Origin: Oscillospiraceae bacterium
GTDB taxonomy: Bacteria; Bacillota; Clostridia; Oscillospirales; Ruminococcaceae
Direction of reading: 5' to 3'
Length of the DNA stretch: 64,000 nt
NCBI GenBank assembly: GCA_902766785.1
Contig: CACXEO010000080.1
Span: forward strand, 17,332-81,331
A model generated the notes under the pieces. That model was not told the origin of the DNA and made no database searches. It saw only the letters and a program-made list of their open reading frames with translations. The translations under genes were made by a program, and so were the position numbers. Below are positions 51,971 through 61,517 of this stretch, in pieces; position 1 is the first letter of the stretch, and every line of letters begins with the position of its first letter.

Positions 51971-53296
51971 TTATTTCCCGCGGTTTTGTCTCTTCCATTC
52001 TTTGATCTGCTCCAAACGCTCTTTCACCCGCGCCTCGGTTCCCTGTGTTGTCGGCCGGTAGTATTCCTTCTCCTCGAGCGAATCAGGCAGGCACTGCAGG
52101 GTGGTAATTTTCTCCTCTGTGTCGTGAGCATACTGGTACCCTTCCCCGTAATGGAGCTCTTCCATCAAACGGGTGGGGGCGTTGCGGAGCTGGAGCGGTA
52201 CTGGTTCGGCAAGCTGTTCAAGGGCGTCTTTCTTCACCCGTCCGTAGGCCGTGTAAAGTGCGTTGGATTTTGGGGCAAGGGAGAAGTAAACCACAGCGTG
52301 GGCAAGGTTTACGTTGCACTCCGGCATCCCGATATCGTGGCAGGCCTGGTAAACCGAGGTTGCCAGCGTGATTGCCCGGCTGTCCGCCATCCCAATATCC
52401 TCACTGGCAAACCGGATCAGCCGCCGGGCGACGTATAAAGGGTCCTCCCCAGCCTCCAGCATCCGGGCGAGCCAGTAAAGGGCCGCGTCCGGGTCGGAGT
52501 TTCGCATCGACTTGTGCAAAGCAGAAATCAGGTTGTAATGCTCTTCTCCATTCTTGTCGTAAAGCAGGGATTTTTTGCTGACGCACTGCTCCACGATTTC
52601 CCGTGTCACCGTGGTTTTTACCCCGTCGCTCTTCCCGTTGAGCACCACCATTTCAAGGGTGTTGAGCGCCACACGGGCGTCGCCGTTCGCAAAGTTCGCA
52701 ATCATTTCCAGAACGCCGTCTCCAATTTCAATCTCCTGCCCGCCGAATCCCCGGGGATCGCTGAGCGCCCGGTGCAAGAGGCTTTTGAGGTCATCGGCCG
52801 ACAGCGCCTGCAATACAAATACCTTACAGCGGGATAAAAGCGCCGAGTTGATTTCAAAGGACGGGTTTTCCGTTGTCGCACCGATTAAAATGATGCTCCC
52901 CTTTTCCACATAGGGGAGAAACGCATCCTGCTGGGCTTTGTTGAAACGGTGGATTTCGTCCACAAAAAGGATTGTCCGCTCCCCCAGCATCCGGGAAGTT
53001 TCAGCCTGCGCCATCACTTCCTTAATTTCTTTAATGCCGCTGGTAACAGCGCTGAAGTCAATAAACTTCGACTTTGTTTTTCCCGCGATAATCCGCGCGA
53101 GAGTGGTTTTCCCCACACCGGGAGGCCCCCAGAATATCATGGACGGAACCTGGTCGGAATCAATCATCCGACGCAGAACGCTCCCCTCCCCCAGGAGCTG
53201 CCGCTGGCCCACAAATTCGTCGAGCATCGCCGGGCGAAGCCGGCTTGCAAGGGGGTTGTTATATTCACGCTGTTCAAAAAAGGATTGCTGACGCAT
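51971..53296 (-). CDS. rarA: Replication-associated recombination protein A (RarA/MgsA AAA+ ATPase).
   Basis: 441 aa. Walker A FWGPPGVGKTTLARIIA, Walker B ILFVDEIHRFNKAQQD, and a C-terminal MgsA domain. Confidence 0.9.
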   Translation of the reverse strand: MRQQSFFEQREYNNPLASRLRPAMLDEFVGQRQLLGEGSVLRRMIDSDQVPSMIFWGPPGVGKTTLARIIAGKTKSKFIDFSAVTSGIKEIKEVMAQAETSRMLGERTILFVDEIHRFNKAQQDAFLPYVEKGSIILIGATTENPSFEINSALLSRCKVFVLQALSADDLKSLLHRALSDPRGFGGQEIEIGDGVLEMIANFANGDARVALNTLEMVVLNGKSDGVKTTVTREIVEQCVSKKSLLYDKNGEEHYNLISALHKSMRNSDPDAALYWLARMLEAGEDPLYVARRLIRFASEDIGMADSRAITLATSVYQACHDIGMPECNVNLAHAVVYFSLAPKSNALYTAYGRVKKDALEQLAEPVPLQLRNAPTRLMEELHYGEGYQYAHDTEEKITTLQCLPDSLEEKEYYRPTTQGTEARVKERLEQIKEWKRQNRGK

Positions 53297-53372
53297 AGCC
53301 GGACCGCCTTTCTCAAATCATAGAAAAGGGCCGGCCGCAAACGCAGCCGGCCCCTCTTTCAGGTATTATCTT

Positions 53373-54536
53373 TTACTCTACCCAACCCTCAAGCGCCTTG
53401 TGGGCAATTTTCAGTTGGTTGATAATGTCAATATGCTGTGGGCATTTGGTTTCACACGCGCCGCAGGCTACACAATTTGTAGCGTCGCCGCCGCTGCGGC
53501 CCAAGAACATATAACTTCTCCTCGGCTGGTCAAAAGCACCGAACATGTGGCCGTCGTTATAACGAGAGAACACACCGGGAATATTGACCCCTTTCGGGCA
53601 GGGCAGACAGTATTCACATCCTGTGCAGGAGATGGTGACAATAGACTCGTAGGCCTTTTTTGCCCGGGCAATCACGTCTTTATCCTCTGGGGAAAGGCAG
53701 CCCGGCACAGCGTCTGGTTTTGAGAAAATTTCAATGTTGTCTTTCAGCTGCTCCAAGGTGGACATCCCGCTCAGGATGGTACTGATCTGCGGGTAATTGA
53801 TCAGGTGCCGGAACGCCCACTCAACCGCCGGGCGTTTAACCGGGGCTGAATCGTAAACCTCTTTGACCGGAGCGGGCGCGTTGACAAGGCCGCCGCCGCG
53901 GAGAGGCTCCATAATGACAAGGGCTGTTCCTTTTTCTCCTGCAAGCTTAATCGCCTTCTCAGTTACTTCCTGGTCAACGTCGAGCAGGTTCTGCTGGACC
54001 TGGCACATATCCCAGTCGTAGGTGTTCATCACGTCACTGAACGTGTCGTAACCGCCATGGTACGAAAAGCCGATTGCCTTGATCATTCCCTCTTCGCAGA
54101 ATTTTTCGTACTCCTCATACACCTTGCGCCGTTTGATCTCATCCCAAACGCCTGCCTGGATGTTGTGGATCAGGTAGACGTCTATGTAGTCAGTCCGCAA
54201 TTTTTTGAGGGTATTTTCCAGGTTCCTGCGGATATCCCCCTGGGTTTTCATAACGTTAAAAGGCTGCTTGGTCGCAATTTTCACCTTGCTGCGGTATTTA
54301 CCCTCCAGAGCCTCTCCCAAAACAGCTTCACTGGTTTGATTGTGGTAACCGAAAGCGGTGTCGAAGTAGGTGATTCCGTGTTCAGCGGCATATCGGATCA
54401 GTTCAAACGCTTTCTCCAAGTCAACTTTCATGCCGCCGTTTCCATCCGGAACACGGGGCAGACGCATACAACCCAGGCCGAGCGAAGACACCTCATAGCC
54501 GAGTTTGCCGTAAGGACGATAGTTCATAAATTTCAC
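53373..54536 (-). CDS. Second aldo/keto reductase-ferredoxin fusion protein (paralog of 16796-17929).
   Basis: 387 aa. GLGCMRLP, ITYFDTAFGYHNQTSE, and a C-terminal CTGCEYCLPCP...CVACGACETKCP. Confidence 0.8.
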   Translation of the reverse strand: MKFMNYRPYGKLGYEVSSLGLGCMRLPRVPDGNGGMKVDLEKAFELIRYAAEHGITYFDTAFGYHNQTSEAVLGEALEGKYRSKVKIATKQPFNVMKTQGDIRRNLENTLKKLRTDYIDVYLIHNIQAGVWDEIKRRKVYEEYEKFCEEGMIKAIGFSYHGGYDTFSDVMNTYDWDMCQVQQNLLDVDQEVTEKAIKLAGEKGTALVIMEPLRGGGLVNAPAPVKEVYDSAPVKRPAVEWAFRHLINYPQISTILSGMSTLEQLKDNIEIFSKPDAVPGCLSPEDKDVIARAKKAYESIVTISCTGCEYCLPCPKGVNIPGVFSRYNDGHMFGAFDQPRRSYMFLGRSGGDATNCVACGACETKCPQHIDIINQLKIAHKALEGWVE

Positions 54537-54694
54537 CCTTTCTGTAATATTTCTGGTTTATTTACACAAATTCATCATACCATATGATCCGCAAAAAAAC
54601 AATGGACAAGAAAAAAACACACAAAACGCGGGGCAGCAGGAACCGGACACCCGCCTGCTACATAGAATACTAACAATCACATTTTGCAAAGGCG

Positions 54695-55990
54695 GTGCGG
54701 CATTTGAGAATACATATTGTTCAAAAAGGGGATACCGTTTGGAAAATTGCCCGCCAGTACGGTGTTTCTCCGCAGCGGATCATCAGTGACAACAGCATTA
54801 CAAATCCCTATAACCTGCCCGTTGGACAGGCGCTGGTTATCCTAATACCCGAGACGGTTTACACCGTCCGCCCTGGCGACACTCCTGCCTCAATTGCCTC
54901 CCAGTTCGGGATCACTGTAATTGAGCTGCTCCAGAACAACCCCACCTTGACCGTCTCCCCACCGATCCGGCCAGGGCAGCCGCTCATCATCCGGTTCCAG
55001 GGGGAAAAACGGCGGCAGGTTTTTACAAACGCGTACGCGTACCCGTATATCCCGCGGAGTACTCTTGTCTATGCCCTTCCCTTTTTGAGCGCGCTCACCA
55101 TCTTTGGGTATGGCTTTACCGTGGAGGGCGATCTGATCGGTATCAACGACCAGCCGCTGATCAACCTCGCCTATCAGTACAAAACCGCACCGGTGATGCT
55201 GATTTCATCCATCACCGAAGACGGTAACTTCAGTGGGGAACGGGCGAGCATGCTCTTCAGCGACCCAACCCTGCAGGATAAGGTTCTGGACCAGGTTGAA
55301 GCGGTTATGCTGGAAAAAGGGTATCTGGGGTTGGATATTGACTTTGAATATATCCAACCAGAGGACCGCGACGGATTCATCCGTTTTATTGATACTGCCC
55401 GGCAGCGGCTGAACCCACAGGGCTTTTTTGTCAATACCGACCTTGCTCCCAAAACCTCAGGCGTTCAACGCGGACTGCTTTATGAGGCGCACGACTACCC
55501 GGCAATTGGCGAGGTGAGCAACACCGTGCTCCTGATGACCTACGAATGGGGATATACCTACGGCCCGCCGATGGCAGTCGCCCCACTTAACAAGGTGCGT
55601 GAGGTTGTCTCCTACGCGGCTTCAGTTATTCCACCCGACAAAATATTGCTGGGAATTCCGAACTATGGCTACGACTGGCCGCTTCCCTTTGAACGCGGCG
55701 TGACCAGCGCGACTTCAATCGGTAACGATTACGCGGTGGAGCTGGCAGCCCGGTTTGGGGCGGAAATCCGGTATGACGAAACTTCCCAGTCGCCGTTCTT
55801 TGAGTATTATCGGCCCGGAGGCGTTAAACATGTCGTCTGGTTTGAAGACGTGCGGAGTATCATGGCAAAATACGACCTGGCCGATGAATTCAGCCTGCTG
55901 GGCGCCGGGTACTGGAACGCTATGCGTCCCTTCAACCAAAACTGGGCCTTCCTCAGCGCGGCATACGACATCAAGAGAATTGTGCAATAA
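54695..55990 (+). CDS. Two LysM domains plus a GH18 domain: spore-cortex lytic / peptidoglycan hydrolase of the YaaH/YdhD type.
   Basis: 431 aa. Two LysM repeats (VQKGDTVWKIARQYGVS; VRPGDTPASIASQFGIT) and the GH18 catalytic motif LGLDIDFEYI. Confidence 0.75.
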   Translation: MRHLRIHIVQKGDTVWKIARQYGVSPQRIISDNSITNPYNLPVGQALVILIPETVYTVRPGDTPASIASQFGITVIELLQNNPTLTVSPPIRPGQPLIIRFQGEKRRQVFTNAYAYPYIPRSTLVYALPFLSALTIFGYGFTVEGDLIGINDQPLINLAYQYKTAPVMLISSITEDGNFSGERASMLFSDPTLQDKVLDQVEAVMLEKGYLGLDIDFEYIQPEDRDGFIRFIDTARQRLNPQGFFVNTDLAPKTSGVQRGLLYEAHDYPAIGEVSNTVLLMTYEWGYTYGPPMAVAPLNKVREVVSYAASVIPPDKILLGIPNYGYDWPLPFERGVTSATSIGNDYAVELAARFGAEIRYDETSQSPFFEYYRPGGVKHVVWFEDVRSIMAKYDLADEFSLLGAGYWNAMRPFNQNWAFLSAAYDIKRIVQ

Positions 55991-56258
55991 TTTATTCACC
56001 CCCGGTAAAACCGGGGGATTTTTCTTGCCTTCTCGGCGACACTAATTTAAAAGCGGCCGCCAGGCCGGCCGCTTTTAATCTTCATCGCCATTTTAACAAC
56101 ACTATGCTCGTAAAGAATTATTATTTTCCCACTCATTGAAAATAGTGTGCCGCAGGATATACTCCAGAGGATAAATCAATGCTCCTTTTCATCAACACAA
56201 ACATACAAGTTGACTTTTCAGCTTTTTGGCGGATAATAAAAGAAAAGGTGGTGTTCAC

Positions 56259-56849
56259 ATGTTTTGCATAAAATGTGGAACTAAATACGAGGGGTATTTT
56301 TGCCCCAAATGCGGAATGAGCAGCGCAATACAAAATAATAACGCATCAAGGCTCCTAAACAGCCCTTTTAAAAAGCTGGCCCTGTTTTCAATCGGCGGTG
56401 TCTGCCTTTTCTTGGGGCTTCCTTTTTCTGTATCGCTGCTTGCACCTCCCGGGCTTGAAAATCTTTCTTTATTTATCGTCGGAATGGTTTTTGTAGCCGT
56501 CGCCGCGTTCTGTTTTATTATGGCTTTTCGCGTTATAAAACGCGAACGTAAATATAACCGCTATGCAGCATTAATCGGCGTCAGAAAAAAAATTCCCCTT
56601 AACTGGATCGCGCAGAAGATGAATAAAACTGTGACCGAAGTTATAAAGGATTTACATAAAGCAGTTAGCCTTGGCCTGTTTCCAGATGCCCACATAGATG
56701 AAAAAAACGGTTATCTGCTTTTCCCAAACAGAGATTTAGGCGCGATGGAGACCGTCATCTGTCCAAACTGCGGCGCAGGTGTAGATATTATGACAGGGTA
56801 CCAATCCAACTGCAATTTCTGCGGAGCAATTTTAAACCAGAAACAATAA
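56259..56849 (+). CDS. Hypothetical membrane protein with N- and C-terminal zinc ribbons. The start was refined to MFCIKCG, preceded by AAAGGTGGTG.
   Basis: CIKCGTKYEGYFCPKCG, two TM helices, a wHTH-like segment, and CPNCGAGV...CNFCG. Confidence 0.4.
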   Translation: MFCIKCGTKYEGYFCPKCGMSSAIQNNNASRLLNSPFKKLALFSIGGVCLFLGLPFSVSLLAPPGLENLSLFIVGMVFVAVAAFCFIMAFRVIKRERKYNRYAALIGVRKKIPLNWIAQKMNKTVTEVIKDLHKAVSLGLFPDAHIDEKNGYLLFPNRDLGAMETVICPNCGAGVDIMTGYQSNCNFCGAILNQKQ

Positions 56850-57327
56850 AAATCTGGAAGCCAGCCCCCGTAGCTTTTGATTTGTTTGTGCTCACCAACT
56901 AAAACGCAATTTCGCCCTGAAGTTTATGAAAGCATCGCTTTCCGGCAAAGTATGCACTTAGTCGACGTTTAAAAAATACTCCATTGAAAAATACAGCAGG
57001 TAAGGCACTGTGGAGACCAAAAAGACAATGGAGAAGCGTTTCTTCCACTGTTTTGCATGAAGCAAAACACTTGCCCGGCACATTTGCAAAGCCCTTATAT
57101 GCACGATTCCGCTCTCTATATCTGTCAGAAGCTAATACCACCGGCAAAGCCGGTAGCTTGCATTGACCCTATAAGGACTAATGACAGTCGAGTCTTAAGA
57201 CGCATGAACAATCATGACTTCAGGCACCCGTATGTCAAGCCCACGACAAAAAAATTTGCATCTTTTCTGAAGTTTTTTCGGGCAGCCGTAATAACTGCCC
57301 GTATCTATTCCATACGGTATTCATGGC

Positions 57328-58053
57328 TTATTTCTCCTTTCCAGATTTCACCGATCCTAAAAAGTCTTGCATAACATATTCTATCTCAATCCGATCTCCC
57401 GGAAAAACATATACCTTGCTGATAAGCCGGTCTATCAGCGATTGCGTCAGGACATCGGCATTGTCTACTTCCTGAACAATTTCCCTTTGTTTCAGCTTTG
57501 CCTCATAGTCACTTTGTATCCGTTTGGTCTGCGCCGTGATGGTAGCATGAACATTCTTTGCCTGTACCAGTTCAGCGTCATATACCGCTTTCTGTGACCG
57601 ATAGGATTCCAGATCAATCTCTCCAAGTGCATACTGTTCATAAAGCTGCCGTTTACTGTCTTGGATAACCCGCAGCTTTTCTTCATGCTCGGCCTGTTGG
57701 ACAGTCTGTAAATCCAGTTTATCCTTGCTGCTGTCAATCCCCAGAGCAGGAAGCATCTGCGCCCGGATTGTTTCAAGGACTGCCTGCTCCAAATCAGACA
57801 TCTTCACCCGCACACCATGACAGGGAAAATTTTCTGCCACTTCGGAATGACGGCAGTAAAACCATGCTCCATTTCTGAGTGACATGGCATGATCGCAGCA
57901 GCCACAGAATACTTTTCCACGAAGAAGGTAATCACGGCGTTTTTTATTCGGAAGGGAGAACCGCTTGATGGAAGCGTTGGCCTGCTTGAACAGCTCCTTA
58001 CTAACAATCGCAGGATGATGGTCAGGAATTTTGAACCATTCACTTTCAGAGCC
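57328..58053 (-). pseudogene. 5'-truncated large serine recombinase. Only the C-terminal recombinase-domain tail, the zinc beta-ribbon and the coiled coil remain; the catalytic resolvase domain is absent.
   Basis: The minus frame reads ...SEWFKIPDHHPAIVSKELFKQANASIKRFSLPNKKRRDYLLRGKVFCGCCDHAMSLRNGAWFYCRHSE... then a coiled coil. An in-frame TGA at 58054-58056 is followed by an unrelated gene. Terminator hairpin CGGGCAG...CTGCCCG at about 57280-57302. Confidence 0.75.
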
Positions 58054-58544
58054 TCACCATAGCTGCCGGAAGCAAATACCCGTTCCGTCATTTCTTTTGC
58101 CGGGTCCTTCAGCCCATGCTCCCGCAGGGTGCGGCCTGCGATCCCAACCAGATTGAACACATTTCCGTCCTGGCCGATCAGGGCACAGCCCGGCTTTTCC
58201 TGTTCCACCGCAGGTTCTCCGATAAAACCGCCCAGACGGTTCGGCACAAAGTCCGACAGCCAGGTGCCACCGAAATTTGCATGGGTCTGTAAGCGCCACA
58301 TGGCGAGCTTTCCGATATTCAGATCCACACCCTCAAAGGGGTAAAGCAGACAGGTCAGGTCCTCGTACTGAAATGTGCTGATGTTCTGGAACTTTGAACC
58401 ATTCTGCAAAATACCAGCCTCGGTCAGCATATCATTGATCCCATCCAGCCATTCCTGCAGATCTCCGCCGCAGCCGATCAGGACCAGTCCTTCCTGATCC
58501 TCCATACGGCGAAGTTCTTCTGTGGTAATTGTGGTAATACTCAT
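58047..58544 (-). CDS. Hypothetical protein (unrecognised conserved-looking domain). Its formal ORF runs on to 57804 in a frame overlapping the recombinase remnant, so the 3' end is probably fused or truncated.
   Basis: MSITTITTEELRRMEDQEGLVLIGCGGDLQEWLDGINDML...TCLLYPFEGVDLNIGKLAMWRLQTHANFGGTWLSDFVPNRLGGF...SGSYGEAL, then low-complexity junk overlapping the recombinase frame. Confidence 0.4.
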
Positions 58545-58557
58545 ATAAAATCGCCTC

Positions 58558-59034
58558 CTATCGTTCCTGTTGATATTTGATTTTTGGTTTATCCGTTTTT
58601 ATTTCCGGTATTCTCTGTAACTGTTCCCGGACTGATACTTTCTGCTCAGCAGCGATAATATCTGACAGAGGCCGCTCCCAGCGCTTTCCAAAGCCCCGGA
58701 TCACGGTTTCGTCCTGAGCGCCATTTTCTCTAAACATTTCCAATGTACGGAAAGCCCGGTCAAACAACCATACGCACCGTTCATCCACGCTGGGCGCAAA
58801 ATGGATCACACCTTTGGGATAATTGCTGCCGGTACCGATCCAGCCCCGAACAAAATCATCATAGCCCTTTGTGATTCCTGCCCCGGCCAGCTCGTCAGCA
58901 TGACTGGAAAGCAGCAGATTCTTCGGTTCATACTGATACCCCAAAACCAATATGCCGGTCTTCGGATTGTACATAAATCTTCGGTTCTGTATCTGCTGCA
59001 TATCAATGGATTGCCGGGTGGTATCTACACACAT
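58558..59034 (-). CDS. Hypothetical protein.
   Basis: 158 aa. No recognised family (FMYNPKTGILVLGYQY...SSHADELAGAGITKGYDDFVRGWIGTG). Confidence 0.35.
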   Translation of the reverse strand: MCVDTTRQSIDMQQIQNRRFMYNPKTGILVLGYQYEPKNLLLSSHADELAGAGITKGYDDFVRGWIGTGSNYPKGVIHFAPSVDERCVWLFDRAFRTLEMFRENGAQDETVIRGFGKRWERPLSDIIAAEQKVSVREQLQRIPEIKTDKPKIKYQQER

Positions 59035-59205
59035 GCTCTCTTTTTTGATTGCTATGTTCTCTATCTGCCTCCCTCCTGATTCTTTTCCTTTGTCCGCAAC
59101 TTACCCCTGTTTCGGTGGGCCGGAGTATTCTTATATAGGCCCACTTAAAACCGCAGCGAAAAAGCCCTGCTATGCAAGCACTTTTGGAGCTAAATTGCGT
59201 ACACA

Positions 59206-59580
59206 TCACCTTATTTTTTGCCGTTCCCGGCGCTTTCGTTCCCGCTCAGATTTTCGCCTTGCATAGATCCGGCAAGCATCCGAACAATATGCCTGGCTGG
59301 TGGTGGGAAGATATGCCTTCCCACACACCGGGCAGTTTTTTTGACGCATGGAAGTATCTTCGCCTGTAATGGCAGCTTCCAGCGCCGGATCCGTTGGCAG
59401 CAAGGCATCCCGGAAGTACCGGCACAGTGACCCGGTCCACCATTTGTTCAGCATATAGCAGGGGCAGTCCAGCGGAAGACATATCTTGTCCGTACTGTCA
59501 TAGTTGGCGCAATGACCAACCAGGTGCCGGATCGCCGCACGTTCCGATCTTGTCAGTTCCCGCGAAACCGGGGCGCTCAT
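59206..59580 (-). CDS. Cysteine-rich KTR-type protein (a common conjugative-element cargo in Firmicutes).
   Basis: 124 aa. CANYDSTDKICLPLDCPCYMLNKWWTGSLCRYF and CPVCGK...CSDAC, with a basic C-terminus. Confidence 0.5.
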   Translation of the reverse strand: MSAPVSRELTRSERAAIRHLVGHCANYDSTDKICLPLDCPCYMLNKWWTGSLCRYFRDALLPTDPALEAAITGEDTSMRQKNCPVCGKAYLPTTSQAYCSDACRIYARRKSERERKRRERQKIR

Positions 59581-60419
59581 TTGCGCCTGCCTTTCGCAGC
59601 CGGAAATTCCAGCTTGAAGTTCACATATTTTCCGCCTGTATCATCCAGAAGCACCACCGCATCATAGGTGCTGCCGGTCTTTTCACTGTACAGTCCGGAC
59701 ATAGAAACGCGGCCCTCTTTTAAAAGAGCAGCCGCAACAGATTTTGTGATGGTTTTCTTCTTGGAAGAAAAGAATTTATTATCTTTCCAGAGTGCAAAGG
59801 AACAGTCCCGATTGTCACAGAAAAAGCCCTTTTTGCCCTCATACACGGAAGCACCGCAGCGGGGGCAGGTGCCCACAGCTTCACGCTTTCCGTGCGCATC
59901 CGGGAACAGTGCCGCAAAGCGTTCCTCCGGGACAGAATGTTCTCTGACCAGTTCCCGGCACATTTCCATGATCCCATCCATAAAGGAATCTGCGGAAAGC
60001 TCGCCACGTTCCACCTGCTTCAGCATGGATTCCCATTCGGCGGTCAGGATCGGGGACTTGACTTTTTCCGGGAGGACAGCAATCAGATTGACACCTTTTT
60101 CCGTAGGGAGAAGCTGCTTTTTCTTACGCTGCACAAAACCGGCAGAAACCAGCTTTTCCAGTGTAGCCGCACGGGTAGCCGGGGTGCCCAGACCCTTACG
60201 CTCGGAATCCTCCGGCATATCCTCAGCCCCGGCAGTCTCTATTGCCGCCAGAAGACTGTCTTCGGTGAAATGCTTCGGTGGGGATGTCTTGCTTTCCCGA
60301 ACACTGGCAGAGACCATTCCAAAAACCTGCCCCTTTTTCAGCACAGGCAGTGCGGTATTCTTTCTTTTTACGCTGCAAGGTCTCAGCGCAGAGCCGCACC
60401 TGCTCGTCGAAAACGGCAT
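59577..60419 (-). pseudogene. topB: 5'-truncated DNA topoisomerase III (TopB) C-terminal fragment with a probable additional frameshift in an A-rich run near 60370.
   Basis: NTALPVLKKGQVFGMVSASVRESKTSPPKHFTEDSLLAAIETAG...KGLGTPATRAATLEKLV... then C-terminal zinc ribbons (CPRCGASVYEGKKGFFCDNRDCSF). Toprim and N-terminal domains are absent. The abiEii terminator lies immediately upstream. Confidence 0.75.
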
Positions 60420-60518
60420 TGACTTCCTTTTGTGTGATAAAACATCCCTCCTTTGACATAGAAAAACCGGCTACTCCAATTTCAATCAGAATAGCCGGTG
60501 GCATAAAATATATAGTTA

Positions 60519-61517
60519 TTAAAGTGAGTTGATCTCTTTTTCCAGTTCCCGGACAGCACCCATAACGGTATCAAAATCAGGAACATCTCCATAAAGCATG
60601 TCTTTCATGGCCTCGTAATCCGCAGCCAGTGCTCCAAATCGGTACTCCGGTGGAATCAGCTTCAATGTTCCGGGTACTGCCTCAGGGTATTTTGCCCATG
60701 CTCTCGGATAGAATTTCATTTTGAAATCCACCACTGTTTTCAGCAGTTCCACCCGCGCAAAAGCAGCATCCTTAACAAAAGTCTGTGCCATACGGTAGAG
60801 GTCGTAATAATGTCTGGAATACCGTTGGGGCATTTCCAGATGTTCCGGTCTGTTTGCCTCGTGGTGCAGGATCGTGGCTTTCTCCCAAAAGGTTCGCTCC
60901 GGTGCGACTGTCAGGATCGCCGTATCTTTCTGCGCAAAAATCTTCGGGTAATAAGTTGCCGCATAAGGTTCGATTTGGGCAATTTTAGCAGGGGTCCATG
61001 CTGCCAGAGCACCAATTTCCAGACGAATGACCTGCAAGGTCGATTGGTTGGTAAACAGGTGGGGATAGGCAAAAATAACCGTTTGTCTGTCTTTTTCGTC
61101 TATGTAGATATTGGCCTCAATGCCAAGTTCCTGTGACAGTTCTGCCTTAATTGTCGGACAAAACTGTTCTGCCAGAAAGACCTCTGCCCGTGCATTGGCC
61201 TCTTTGTTAAAAGCATCCTGTTTGGTGTTGGAACGCTTCTCCCAGGGTTCGTCTTTGCCATAGCCCAGCACCCGCCAATCCAGAATCAGATCAATATCTT
61301 CGGAAAAGCGGCTGATCAGATTAAAGGCTTTTGATAAACTGGTACCGCCCTTAAAGGTGATTGCATCTTTCCACGGACAGCGGTGGAAAAGATAATCCAG
61401 TGTAAAGCATACCCAAAAGTCTTTTTCCACAATGGCATCGTTCAGGCCCATCTTATCTGCTGTATTTCGGAACAGCTCTTGCCGGTCAATTTCTGACAGT
61501 CTTGCTATTTTTCTCAT
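60519..61517 (-). CDS. abiEii: AbiEii/AbiGii-family nucleotidyltransferase toxin (DUF1814) of a type IV TA / abortive infection system.
   Basis: 332 aa. Nucleotidyltransferase motif context (FKGGTSLSKAFNLISRFSEDIDL), a 4-nt ATGA overlap with the upstream partner, and a terminator at about 60468-60500. Confidence 0.8.
   Translation of the reverse strand: MRKIARLSEIDRQELFRNTADKMGLNDAIVEKDFWVCFTLDYLFHRCPWKDAITFKGGTSLSKAFNLISRFSEDIDLILDWRVLGYGKDEPWEKRSNTKQDAFNKEANARAEVFLAEQFCPTIKAELSQELGIEANIYIDEKDRQTVIFAYPHLFTNQSTLQVIRLEIGALAAWTPAKIAQIEPYAATYYPKIFAQKDTAILTVAPERTFWEKATILHHEANRPEHLEMPQRYSRHYYDLYRMAQTFVKDAAFARVELLKTVVDFKMKFYPRAWAKYPEAVPGTLKLIPPEYRFGALAADYEAMKDMLYGDVPDFDTVMGAVRELEKEINSL

Noticed and set aside
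56899-57374. Small ORFs (82 aa on the minus strand; 60 and 105 aa on the plus strand) in the 56850-57327 boundary region
   Set aside because: No RBS, no conserved features, and overlapping frames. The region is treated as a noncoding element edge.
60223-60504. 93-aa minus-strand ORF upstream of the topB fragment, considered as an independent gene
   Set aside because: Its first 35 codons are offset by one base from the TopB frame within an A-rich run and the rest is out-of-frame junk. It is interpreted as part of the frameshifted topB remnant and not as a separate gene.
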